Shown: piece by piece, positions 10,348-19,641 of the stretch
Layout of the letters: each line of letters starts with the position of its first letter
Numbering within the stretch: the first letter of the stretch is position 1
Origin: Calditrichia bacterium
GTDB lineage: Bacteria > Calditrichota > Calditrichia > RBG-13-44-9 > J075
Assembly (NCBI GenBank): GCA_028284905.1
Contig: JANQQU010000087.1
Span: 1,015 to 65,014, forward strand
Length of the DNA stretch: 64,000 nt
Direction of reading: 5' to 3'
The notes under the pieces: generated by a model
The model's database searches: none
The model's input: only the letters and a program-made list of their open reading frames with translations
Told to the model about the DNA's origin: nothing
Position numbers and translations under genes: made by a program

Positions 10348-10429
10348 TTTGATTATCCCTGTTTAAGTTGTTGTAAGGATTAAAATGATTTACGCAGGAT
10401 AAAATTTGCGCATCAATCATCAAACGCTG

Positions 10430-10777
10430 TTAACAACTTAAATTGGGTGGATGCCATATTTGGGCAATGTAGTTATTTCTTAGGTGGGAGATGTTTAATT
10501 GATGAAATGACTCTATCGTTAAAAGAATTTTCGGTGGGGTAAAATTCAAAGAGACAAAACCGGCACAGGTACCGCAGGCCATAAATTGAGAACAACTGGC
10601 GCAATCATCATCTTCATGTGATTCTTCCGGATGTTCGGCACCACTGACTTCCATTTCATCATAACAGGCCAAATCCGAACAACATGGTATCGATGACAGG
10701 AGCAGGATATAAGCCGATAAAGCTACGCAGATCAGCTTGACAATTGAATACCTGTTAGAAGAAAAATTCAGTCTCAT
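10430..10777 (-). CDS. Small Cys/His-rich protein with C-terminal IWHPP (DUF6660-like putative leader peptide)
   Basis: Hydrophobic N-terminus, PCCSDLAC, HPEESHEDDD, CASC and CGTC, ends IWHPPNLSC; lies 82 bp upstream of the receptor. The true start may be downstream of 10777. Confidence 0.65.
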   Translation of the reverse strand: MRLNFSSNRYSIVKLICVALSAYILLLSSIPCCSDLACYDEMEVSGAEHPEESHEDDDCASCSQFMACGTCAGFVSLNFTPPKILLTIESFHQLNISHLRNNYIAQIWHPPNLSC

Positions 10778-10893
10778 TTCTACATCAACAATCTAATTAC
10801 GAACATAAGCGACGATTTAAACTGTAGAATCAATAGAAATATAAAATATTAAGCGATCATAAACTATCCTTTTGAAAATTGTTATTCTGTAAT

Positions 10894-10923
10894 CAGTAAG
10901 GGAATTTTTCAATTCCCTTACTG
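10894..10923 (-). terminator. Hairpin after the sorting-domain remnant
   Basis: 12-bp inverted repeat cagtaagggaat / attcccttactg, about 20 bp past the remnant's stop codon. Confidence 0.55.
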
Positions 10924-10943
10924 CGCTTCGGCGAAGATTAATT

Positions 10944-11175
10944 TTACTTCATCAAAACCATCCGTCGTGTTTGGGTAAAACTACCAGCCTGGATGTGGTA
11001 TAGGTAGATACCACTAGCCAGTTTAGCTGCGTCAAAGTTGATCGTATGCTTTCCAATCGCAACACGACGATTGACCAATTCCTGAACTAATTTCCCGGAA
11101 TATCATAAACGGCCAGATCAACATGGGATTCTTTCGGCAAGGAAGGAGTAATATTGGTAGCAGGATAGCAATTTT
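10944..11175 (-). pseudogene. Frameshifted remnant of a C-terminal sorting (Por secretion tail/FlgD-like) domain
   Basis: Hand translation: ATNITPSLPKESHVDLAVYDIPG, then a 1-bp shift near 11090, then LVQELVNRRVAIGKHTINFDAAKLASGIYLYHIQAGSFTQTRRMVLMK*; resembles the intact tails of the 15706, 18372 and 22456 genes. Confidence 0.75.
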
Positions 11176-11301
11176 AGACCATTGCTGAAAACATCCCCTT
11201 TATTACCATAAAAACAAGAATCGGCTGATAGCGGAGATAGTTTCAAGTATGATCTAATATCCAGGAAAGAAATCTAGCCCTGTCGATCCATTAATTACCA
11301 A

Positions 11302-12162
11302 TCAAGTCTTATCGGTTTCATCATCAGCCGAAAAACCGTCAAAAGAATTGCTCAAATTATGGTCATCCAATTTCCAGGGTTTGTGCCACAGGGACCAGCC
11401 TCCATCTACCCGGATGGTCTCACCGGTAATATATGCTGCTGCCGGAGATAACAGGAAAGTAACCGCTGCTGCAATTTCGGATTCTGTTCCCAGTCGCTTT
11501 GCAGGGATTGCAGCACGGACAGAATCGATATAGCTTTTCATAAAGGCAGGATCATATTGACTCAGGCCATGCCCATCGATAACGCCCGGCGCAATTGAAT
11601 TGATCCGCACCCCTCGCGAGGCCCATTCTACTGCCAGGGTTTTCGTTAAGTTAACCACGCCCGCCCTTGCAGCCCCGGTATGGGCCATCCCGGGAAATCC
11701 GTTCCGGATTTCCGCGACAATATTAACAATGCTCCCCCCTTTTTTCACCATTGCCTTATTGAACACGGCCCGCGTTACATTAAATGTACCGGTCAGATTT
11801 GTCTCAATTACCGCGTGCCAGCCTTTTTGCTTGATATGCTCTGCCGGACTGGGAAACTGTCCCCCCGCATTATTAACCAGCATATCCAGTCCGCCATGTG
11901 CATTTACAATTTCCTCAATCAATTTTTCGACGTCTTCTTCCTGACGAATATTGACAGTATGCCAGCTGCATCGCCCTCCTGCATCGCTAATTTCCCGGCA
12001 GGTTTTCTCAAGCGACTGCTCTTTTCGACTGGCAATGATCAGATTCCCTCCGAGCGAAGCAAGCTCATGAGCTATAACACGCCCGATGCCTGTGCCACCT
12101 CCGGTAACAAGTATTGTCTGATCCTGAAAAAGATTTGGTCGAAAAATACTCTGATATTGCAT
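11302..12162 (-). CDS. SDR oxidoreductase (trans-2-enoyl-CoA reductase/citronellol dehydrogenase-like)
   Basis: TGGGTGIG, NNAGGQF, HTGAARAG and NSIAPG motifs. Confidence 0.85.
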   Translation of the reverse strand: MQYQSIFRPNLFQDQTILVTGGGTGIGRVIAHELASLGGNLIIASRKEQSLEKTCREISDAGGRCSWHTVNIRQEEDVEKLIEEIVNAHGGLDMLVNNAGGQFPSPAEHIKQKGWHAVIETNLTGTFNVTRAVFNKAMVKKGGSIVNIVAEIRNGFPGMAHTGAARAGVVNLTKTLAVEWASRGVRINSIAPGVIDGHGLSQYDPAFMKSYIDSVRAAIPAKRLGTESEIAAAVTFLLSPAAAYITGETIRVDGGWSLWHKPWKLDDHNLSNSFDGFSADDETDKT

Positions 12163-12399
12163 TATGCTTTCCTAACTTTTCGCCTTACTTCATGAAGGCA
12201 TCAAGATGGTAGTTTTTATCCCAACATAAAGGCTGGTTCATCTTCGCCAAACGTAACGATTCAATATCTCATAAACAATAATAATTAACCTGGAAGCTTA
12301 AGAGGTTTTTAACACATTGTCCCAAAAGACGTGTTATGATTCATCCTCGTGAACTCTGCTAAAAAGTGATATACAGATTTATTGCTGACCTCAAATAAA

Positions 12400-12430
12400 A
12401 AAGGGTTACAAGAAATTCTTGTAACCCTTT
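12400..12430. terminator. Hairpin adjoining the tRNA-Phe fragment
   Basis: aaagggttacaagaa / ttcttgtaacccttt; near-identical to the hairpin at 51913-51959. Confidence 0.7.
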
Positions 12431-12434
12431 ATCA

Positions 12435-12470
12435 TGGCGTCTCCCAGAATTGAACTGGGGACACACGGAT
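12435..12470 (-). repeat. 36-bp tRNA-Phe 3' fragment, putative att junction
   Basis: tggcgtctcccagaattgaactggggacacacggat is identical to 51964-51999; reverse complement is a T-arm plus acceptor strand. Confidence 0.85.
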
Positions 12471-12541
12471 ACTTACTTCCGATCAGACTAAAAAATACTT
12501 GCCACTGATTAGCAATCAATATATTTTATTAATATTAAAAA

Positions 12542-12557
12542 GGTATATTGTATACGA
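12542..12557. promoter_or_regulatory. Degenerate FadR-type operator upstream of the first regulator
   Basis: ggtatattgtatacga, 3 mismatches to tgtataatgtatacaa. Confidence 0.4.
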
Positions 12558-12580
12558 TTTAATAAGCCGAGTGATGTCGT

Positions 12581-13345
12581 ATGTCGAAAACCCATTCTCT
12601 AAAGAAAATTAATCGGAATGTACCGCTTAGTCTCAAAGTAGAAGAGCAATTAAGAAAAGCGATTTTCCAGAAGGTTTATGCACCTGGTGAGCGCTTGCCC
12701 AGTGAAACTGACCTCGTCGAAATATTTGGGATAAGTCGAACAGCAATACGGGAAGCATTACGAATGCTTGCTGGCCAGGGATTAATCGACATACGTGGGA
12801 GAAGTGGTGCATTTGTCGTGGAAATTGATTCAAGTCATGCTGCGAAACCACTGGCCACGCTTCTGCTCAGGAAATGTGGGGATCGCGGTTTGATTAATTT
12901 TATTCAGGCCCGAAAAGAAATTGAGCCCGGGAATGCTCGTTTGGCAGCAATTCATCGAACCGAAGAAGACATTCGCCACCTGGAAAAGTACTACACACTT
13001 ATGAAAGAAAATGTCGAGGACGCCAAAACTGTCGCTGAGAATGACAGTAAATTTCATAACAGAATTGCACAAGCGACTCAAAACCCAATCATTCCAATCA
13101 TTATGGAGCCGATTTTTCTGCTGCTGCCACAGTTGTTAACAGTCAATTTAGATGTGCTTTCTCATCGACAGGTATCCTTGCAACATCATCAAAATATTCT
13201 TGATTGCATTATCAGGGAAGATGCTGACGGTGCTTTTCAAGCGATGTTGGAACATATGAACATCGCCGAAGAGCATGTGAAAGAAGCTTATGAAAAGAAT
13301 ATTGTTACTGAAATAGATGAGGAAAATTACAATCTAGACATTTAG
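12581..13345 (+). CDS. GntR/FadR-family transcriptional regulator
   Basis: PGERLPSETDLVEIFGISRTAIREALRML winged HTH; FCD domain with DSKFHNRIAQATQNP. Confidence 0.92.
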   Translation: MSKTHSLKKINRNVPLSLKVEEQLRKAIFQKVYAPGERLPSETDLVEIFGISRTAIREALRMLAGQGLIDIRGRSGAFVVEIDSSHAAKPLATLLLRKCGDRGLINFIQARKEIEPGNARLAAIHRTEEDIRHLEKYYTLMKENVEDAKTVAENDSKFHNRIAQATQNPIIPIIMEPIFLLLPQLLTVNLDVLSHRQVSLQHHQNILDCIIREDADGAFQAMLEHMNIAEEHVKEAYEKNIVTEIDEENYNLDI

Positions 13346-13356
13346 CATTGATAATA

Positions 13357-15504
13357 TTATCTCGATAGATTCAATTCCAAACTTTTAAGTATCTTTTTAG
13401 TTTTCTCCGAATTTGGATCTATCGCCAACGCCCTTCGAAAAGCCGTCATCGCAGCATCGTGTTGCTTCTGCTGGAGCAGCATAACCCCAAAGTTATAGTT
13501 CAGTTTAAAATTATTTGGCACACGCGTTATGCCCTCATTAAAAGCTTCAATTGCTGCTTTGCTCTCTCCTTGTTCATGTAGCACAACCGCGAGTTTGTTA
13601 TATGTTTCTGCCAGATAAAGGCCCAAACGAATAGTTTCCTTATAGTAATAAACAGCCTTGTCATACTGTTTAAGGCCATGATGAAAAATACCCAGATTCA
13701 AATAGGCTTCCGTATAAATTGGATACGACTCAATTGCTTTTGAGTAATATTCAATCGCCTTGTTAACATCCCTTTCCTTAAAATGAAGCCCAGCTATTCT
13801 GCCATATGCCAAATAGTTATTGGGTACCATTTCTAACACAGATTGTAATTTTTTTATAGCTGCCTTGTTTTGTCCCAATTGCTCAAGGTATTCGCCATAT
13901 TTCCAATGCAGCCACCAGTCAAGAGGATTGGATTCAATCGCTGACCGATACTGTGGATCGAGAGATTTCAAGGCGGCCGGTTTTACATTATCAGACAATG
14001 CCATAAGTTGCTGCCTTAGTTGCTTAATGCGTTCCCGGCTATAAAGTTGGTTCGTAAAAGGCGCTTCTTTCTGGAATTTCAGAAGATAAAGGTTGGCAAA
14101 CCGTTGTTTTTCATGATCAAAATAGGCAAGCATTTCGGCGCATACATCTTTCCGGGGTAGAGGAGTATCCGACAGTTTTTCTTCCCTAACCCATTCTGGC
14201 AATATCTCTTCTATCTTCTCATAAAACGTTTTAGCCAGGAGATAATTACCGGAGAAGTTCATATGAACATGTTCATAAAACAAGCTGTCACCAGGCATAC
14301 CATTCGGGCTGTTCTCAGAGAATTCTTTCTCTGCATCAATTAAAAAAACACCCTGTTCTTTTTTCTGATTGGCCAGGTCGCGAATGATTTCATTAATAGA
14401 ATTATCCGCCCGAAAACGCAAGGTGTCAAAACGACGTGCCAGGCTATAATGTTCTATACTCTTTTTATAAGCGCCTAAGCGTTCATAACACTTTCCCATG
14501 CGGAAATGTAGATCAGCATATTCAGTATCTATCAGGCTCGCTTTGAGGTAAAAGTCCAGCGCTTTTGAATAATCCGAATTTTCTTCATAATTAATGCCTT
14601 GCTTATAGATTTTATCCCATTCTGCTTTTTGTGAATCAGTCAGCTGCTTTTTGTGAAGAGAAGCGAATGGTGGACTGTCTTTGAGATTACTAGCCACCGT
14701 CGAAAAAATTATTTTTGCCCCGCCATCTTTTGCCGAATTTTGTATGTCCTCCAGATTTTCCCGAAAATTCTCATATACTTCCGCTAAATTGGGATTGCTC
14801 GCACGTACCTGGTTTTCCAGGAACATACTCATCCCCCTCCATGTTTGCGGATTATTGTCATCACGGAAATAAGCAATGAGGTTGGTGTAGAGTTGGGCTA
14901 TTTTGGTTCTTTTAAAAGCAATACCGAAACGAATCAGTGCAAGATTTCCACTGATTGGCGTAAAAACAGTGCCGGCGCCATATGGTCCGACCACTTCGTT
15001 ATTGCCCAGGTAGACAAGAAAAAGGTCCGGCTGGTAATCAGCACACTCCTTCGCGATTTCCAAGACGACATGAGAGTTTATGGCAGGCATCGCCAGGGTT
15101 ATTACTTCAAATTTTATTTGATCGTATTTTTCGGTAAGCATTGTTTCCAGAATACGACCGAAAGAAAAAGCCCCATCTGGCGTCCCGGCAGCTGCGGATC
15201 CACCTAACACAAAAATTCGGTAGGCATTATCATCCTTATCTACCGGAAAAGAAAAGGGGTATGCGGTTCGTGCGATGGTAGGGGGGAAGAAACGCCAGGC
15301 ATATTTGTCATTATTCGTATAAGTTTCTCTGCCTTTAATAGTTTCTTTAAGGGCTAACTCAGTGGGGAATCCGTAGTCAATAATTCGTAAACCGGCCTCA
15401 AGAAGCAGCAGGGCAACGGGGAGGATCAGTATTGCCAAAATGCGGAAAATCCATAAGCGTCGGCCAGTCGTCATTTTATACCTGCATTTGTTCTTGTTTT
15501 TCAC
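13357..15504 (-). CDS. Membrane-anchored SGNH-like domain plus TPR repeat protein
   Basis: N-terminal TM helix, RIFVLGGSAAAG, YLGNNE, YEHVH; C-terminal TPR repeats (e.g. AYLNLGIFHHGLKQYDKAVYYYKETI). Confidence 0.75.
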   Translation of the reverse strand: MKNKNKCRYKMTTGRRLWIFRILAILILPVALLLLEAGLRIIDYGFPTELALKETIKGRETYTNNDKYAWRFFPPTIARTAYPFSFPVDKDDNAYRIFVLGGSAAAGTPDGAFSFGRILETMLTEKYDQIKFEVITLAMPAINSHVVLEIAKECADYQPDLFLVYLGNNEVVGPYGAGTVFTPISGNLALIRFGIAFKRTKIAQLYTNLIAYFRDDNNPQTWRGMSMFLENQVRASNPNLAEVYENFRENLEDIQNSAKDGGAKIIFSTVASNLKDSPPFASLHKKQLTDSQKAEWDKIYKQGINYEENSDYSKALDFYLKASLIDTEYADLHFRMGKCYERLGAYKKSIEHYSLARRFDTLRFRADNSINEIIRDLANQKKEQGVFLIDAEKEFSENSPNGMPGDSLFYEHVHMNFSGNYLLAKTFYEKIEEILPEWVREEKLSDTPLPRKDVCAEMLAYFDHEKQRFANLYLLKFQKEAPFTNQLYSRERIKQLRQQLMALSDNVKPAALKSLDPQYRSAIESNPLDWWLHWKYGEYLEQLGQNKAAIKKLQSVLEMVPNNYLAYGRIAGLHFKERDVNKAIEYYSKAIESYPIYTEAYLNLGIFHHGLKQYDKAVYYYKETIRLGLYLAETYNKLAVVLHEQGESKAAIEAFNEGITRVPNNFKLNYNFGVMLLQQKQHDAAMTAFRRALAIDPNSEKTKKILKSLELNLSR

Positions 15505-15557
15505 TAATTGGATACATGATATCTGATTCTATTTTCAGCATGAATACTTTTTATTAA

Positions 15558-15659
15558 AGCCACTGATTTGCACGGATTAGCACAGATTTATAAATGGTGT
15601 CTCTAAAAAATGATTAAAAGATTTTTTAAATCTGTGTAAATCCGGGATAATCCGTGGCT
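15558..15659. repeat. Imperfect inverted repeat, cacgga-type REP/MITE-like element
   Basis: agccactgatttgcacggattagcacagattta (15558-15590) versus taaatctgtgtaaatccgggataatccgtggct (15627-15659). Confidence 0.7.
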
Positions 15660-15705
15660 AATTCCTAAAGATGTCCGATACTAAAGGATTCTACAAAATT
15701 TCAGA

Positions 15706-18300
15706 TTATTTCAAAAGGATCATTTTTTTACTTTTGAAGAAACTACCGGCTTTTAACCGATAGATATACAGGCCGGATGAAACGTTTTTTCCAAATTTAT
15801 TTTTACCATCCCATACATGTTGATAATTACCCGGTTCAAGGGCACTCCAACGAAAGGAATTAACCTTTTGTCCTAAAATATTAAATATGTCAATGCGGGC
15901 GTCAACCGTTTCCGAAACATCAAATGAAATGGTTGTCGCTGCATTAAACGGATTGGGATAGTTCTGTGCTAATGAGAATTCCGTTGGCACCTCGATCGGT
16001 TCTTTATCTATTACTTCCAAAAATAAAGTGCCATAAACCGGAAGCGTCAGGCTTGTGTCTACATAAGTGCCATTCAACAAATTTTTAAGGGCAGAAATAT
16101 TGCCGTTCCTGAGCGAAATATCAAGTTTGGCAGGCGTATTACCTAAATTAACAACCGAGACAATATTATTCCCATTCGTCCCTTTCACAATTTTCCAGGT
16201 GCAGGTCTTGACAGAACGATCATTGGTTTCTGTTATTTTTACTTCAGGTAGTTTGTTCGCAACAAAAGATAGCGCGGCATTTTTAATGGCCTCAACCCCA
16301 TTTGTCCGAATAATATTTCCTGATAGCTGCGTAGTATGAATCTCGCCATACTCATTCATTTCCAAGCTGGCATCATCTAAAATGACTGTACCACCATTAT
16401 CCAAATATGATTGCAGGGCCTCAAACTCTTCCTGCGTGACATACTCGGTTTTATGAACAGTAATGAGATCCCAATCTTGTTGATTTTGCCGGTTAATAAT
16501 TCCCGCTGTAGCAAAACCAATCGGCACTCCCTCGAAAAACAAGGATTCGTATAACTCGAAGACGTCATCCATATGATGCGATTTATTGATGGCGGAGGTT
16601 TCCGAGTAAAATATGCGGATCGGCTTTTCTTGCCGCTGCATAGCCATAATTTCTTCGCTAAACGAATTTAGATCCATTAAAGTTGAGTGAAGCTCCTGCG
16701 TCACCCGTGGCTGCTGATTATTGGAGCCGGCGTAACTGTTTGTGACAGGCGTTCTTAATGAACCATCTTCCCGCCTCGGCCAATACCAGGTCTGGCTGGC
16801 ATTTAAACCCTGGGTATGGGCCAGCCAGTAAGTTGCACGGGCATAAGCAGGATCCAGATATAAGTCTCTTGATATGGTGGTTGACAAATAATGTGCTTCG
16901 GAATTAAATATAATTTTCTCCGGACTGACGGATTTTAAAAAATCATAGCTCATGCACATTTCCCGCCAATCATAGGAATAGTTTTCTTCCCATAAAAAGG
17001 GGCCGCCCCACATACGATTGTGGGAAGCCCCGGCATCGTTACCAATAATTTCGCTCAGTACTGTCAGCGCTTCAAAATCGATCCCGTGCCCCCGCTGATT
17101 TTCTGACCAGAGCCAGGGCATGATTTTCAGATGGACTTTCGCATTCGGATCGTTTTCAATAATTTTATTTTTTAGAAAAGTATACCAATCCGTTACCCGA
17201 TCGTTGTTAAAGAGATGCCAATCATACCATTTCGCTGTTCCGATCAATCCATCACTAATTGGAATGTCTATTGTTACTGCATCAAAGTCTGTAAAACTTG
17301 TCCCCCAGAGCGAGTTTAGTATGTTGATATCTCCATGTCTATTTTGTAGCCAAACCTTAAATTTATCAATTGTATAATCAGTAACGGGGCCGCTTGCCCA
17401 ATTTAAAATGCCAGTTGATTTTTTAGTCGTAAAAAAGTGGGGTTCATTAACCAACATATAGCCTAAATCGGCATATTTCTTTCCAGCAATTTGGGGCACA
17501 GTAGCATCGAGTAAAAATCCCATCATTTCCCGGGCGCCGGGGTTATCAATATCATAATCTGTAAACCTTGTGCCGGTGCTTGCTTTCAGGTCAAAACCCG
17601 GTCCATACTTATCTATTGCCCATTGCGGTGGGTTTCTATGACTAATAAATACGAATCCGATATTATCTGATTCTGAAGGCACGGATAGATTTACGCTTCC
17701 TGTTTCGTTTATAACATTCCTGGGTTGCATGAAAAACCCGCCGTTATCGCCAAAATACTCCGTCAATTCCGGTATATCCGGTTTCCAGGTATAGTATTCC
17801 AGAAACACCGGCCTGCTGTTATAACTCAATTGATCGCCGTTATGTGTAACATTCGCCCAGTCTATTTTGGGAATGGTTTTCCGCGTATAGATACCATCAA
17901 TTAGTTTCTTTAAGAAAACGATAGCGGAATCCAGCATTGTTATAACATCTTTACGTTCAAAATCCGGAAGGTCATTAGCCATTTGTGTAGCTGTGGTATT
18001 GTACTGATTCATTAAAGCAGATACCATCGCAAAATAGGAAGTATTCTCTGCGATATGCGCTTCATCCCAGTCGGCATATTTTAAAAAGACTTCTGCCGTT
18101 CGCACGGTCATCATTTCCTTTAATGCATCAATACCCTGCTGTTCTGCCTGGGTAATCAGGGCATTGAGTTCATTAATTTTAGCTTGTGCGGTATCTGCTA
18201 ATGTTTGCGCATTCAATGAATGGAAACATTGAAGAAGCAGGATTGTGAGAAGGACAAATTTCGTATATTTCATCGTAGCAATTTTCTCTATTTTATTCAT
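15706..18300 (-). CDS. Clan GH-A GH42-like/GH167-like beta-carrageenase candidate with C-terminal sorting domain
   Basis: Signal peptide, LVNEPHFF (acid/base), NSEAHYLST (nucleophile), GH42-like trimerisation-type region, QNYPNPFNAATTISF tail. Start moved to the ATG at 18300 (18273 possible). Confidence 0.65.
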   Translation of the reverse strand: MNKIEKIATMKYTKFVLLTILLLQCFHSLNAQTLADTAQAKINELNALITQAEQQGIDALKEMMTVRTAEVFLKYADWDEAHIAENTSYFAMVSALMNQYNTTATQMANDLPDFERKDVITMLDSAIVFLKKLIDGIYTRKTIPKIDWANVTHNGDQLSYNSRPVFLEYYTWKPDIPELTEYFGDNGGFFMQPRNVINETGSVNLSVPSESDNIGFVFISHRNPPQWAIDKYGPGFDLKASTGTRFTDYDIDNPGAREMMGFLLDATVPQIAGKKYADLGYMLVNEPHFFTTKKSTGILNWASGPVTDYTIDKFKVWLQNRHGDINILNSLWGTSFTDFDAVTIDIPISDGLIGTAKWYDWHLFNNDRVTDWYTFLKNKIIENDPNAKVHLKIMPWLWSENQRGHGIDFEALTVLSEIIGNDAGASHNRMWGGPFLWEENYSYDWREMCMSYDFLKSVSPEKIIFNSEAHYLSTTISRDLYLDPAYARATYWLAHTQGLNASQTWYWPRREDGSLRTPVTNSYAGSNNQQPRVTQELHSTLMDLNSFSEEIMAMQRQEKPIRIFYSETSAINKSHHMDDVFELYESLFFEGVPIGFATAGIINRQNQQDWDLITVHKTEYVTQEEFEALQSYLDNGGTVILDDASLEMNEYGEIHTTQLSGNIIRTNGVEAIKNAALSFVANKLPEVKITETNDRSVKTCTWKIVKGTNGNNIVSVVNLGNTPAKLDISLRNGNISALKNLLNGTYVDTSLTLPVYGTLFLEVIDKEPIEVPTEFSLAQNYPNPFNAATTISFDVSETVDARIDIFNILGQKVNSFRWSALEPGNYQHVWDGKNKFGKNVSSGLYIYRLKAGSFFKSKKMILLK

Positions 18301-18371
18301 GATAAAACAGCGGGTAGAGACGATCCTAATTCCTAGTGAGGCCTGCAATACTAGCACCTCAAACAGGTAAA

Positions 18372-19580
18372 TTATTTCATCAGAATCATTTTCCTGCTCT
18401 GGGAAAAGCTCTGACCTCTGCTTTTAATTCGAATCGTATAAAGGTAGATAGCACTTGAAACTTTTTGCCCGCTATCATTCAATCCGTTCCACTGCACGGA
18501 ATGGCTGCCGGTATTTTTCCTGGCACTGACTAAAGTCCGAACCTTTTGACCGGCTAAATTATAAATCTCTAACTGTACATAGGATTCCACAGGTAGTTGA
18601 TAACGGATATTTGTCTTTGGGTTGAACGGATTCGGATAATTCTGTTCCAACCCAAATCCGGTCGCAATGGATATATCTTCAACATCGGAAATAGCTGTTG
18701 GATCATCTTCACGTTGCCAAACCCGGATATATTCAATTTCAAAATCTGCGGGCAGATTGTTTGGATCCGGAATACCCCACCAGGGAAAGATTTCTGCATC
18801 AGCCCAAATGTGTTGACCGCCGGTCAATGACCAGCGAGTTGAGTACTTATCGTTCGCTGCCCCTTGTGCCGGGGTATTTTCCACCCAATCCCTGCTGGTT
18901 CCGTGAACAAACTGACCATCGGCATAGATTTTTAAAGAGTCCTGATCCCACTCAGCAGCAAATGTATGAAAACCATCTCTAAAATTGAAAGGCAGCTGTG
19001 TTCTATCCGACCAGGAATGGTTCGGGCGTGGAAATGACCAGTCATGAAGCGATGACCACATTCGCGCCGAGTATATTAAATGTTTCCCAATGGCCTCAAA
19101 AACATCCAGTTCACAGAGATCATCTCCGGTTGTCCAGAAGGCAGCCACCGCTCTTGCATCCGCCAGCTTACAACGAATTTCCATATACCCGGCACTATCC
19201 GATTTTACTTTAGACCACATTCCCCCGGTGGTAAACTGATAATTGCCTGTCCCCGGGTTAACCCAAGGATAATCGGGATCATATTCTGTGCGAATTTTAA
19301 GAATACCGTTTGAGACATGCATGTTATCCGGAGAATATTGCCAGCCGACATCTGTTGTAGGATCATAGCGGCCGGTAAATATTCCTGCCCAGTAGATGCT
19401 ATCTCTGCCGCAAACCTGCCATTTGTTTTCATCCAACGATGTACCGTTGAATTCATCACTAATAGCAGTGTTTAATATCCAATTTCCCGAATTCGTTGGA
19501 TCAGTATGTGGATACGGTTGAGCGACAAGATTGCCAGCGCCCAAAATAAAGATCAGTGCAAAATATATTGTTCTTTTCAT
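18372..19580 (-). CDS. GH16 galactan hydrolase with C-terminal sorting domain
   Basis: SDEFNG, catalytic ELDVFE, FHTFAAEW, EIEYIRVWQ, QNYPNPFNP tail; start set to MKRTIYF at 19580. Confidence 0.85.
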   Translation of the reverse strand: MKRTIYFALIFILGAGNLVAQPYPHTDPTNSGNWILNTAISDEFNGTSLDENKWQVCGRDSIYWAGIFTGRYDPTTDVGWQYSPDNMHVSNGILKIRTEYDPDYPWVNPGTGNYQFTTGGMWSKVKSDSAGYMEIRCKLADARAVAAFWTTGDDLCELDVFEAIGKHLIYSARMWSSLHDWSFPRPNHSWSDRTQLPFNFRDGFHTFAAEWDQDSLKIYADGQFVHGTSRDWVENTPAQGAANDKYSTRWSLTGGQHIWADAEIFPWWGIPDPNNLPADFEIEYIRVWQREDDPTAISDVEDISIATGFGLEQNYPNPFNPKTNIRYQLPVESYVQLEIYNLAGQKVRTLVSARKNTGSHSVQWNGLNDSGQKVSSAIYLYTIRIKSRGQSFSQSRKMILMK

Positions 19581-19641
19581 ACCTTCTTTTCTTGTTCTTG
19601 AATAGGCAGTATTAAAATTTCCACGATACACTTTCCAAGAA

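Noticed and set aside
10780-11300. Riboswitch upstream of the TonB receptor
   Set aside because: No cobalamin/TPP consensus seen; the hairpin and adjacent sequence are explained by the sorting-domain remnant and its terminator.
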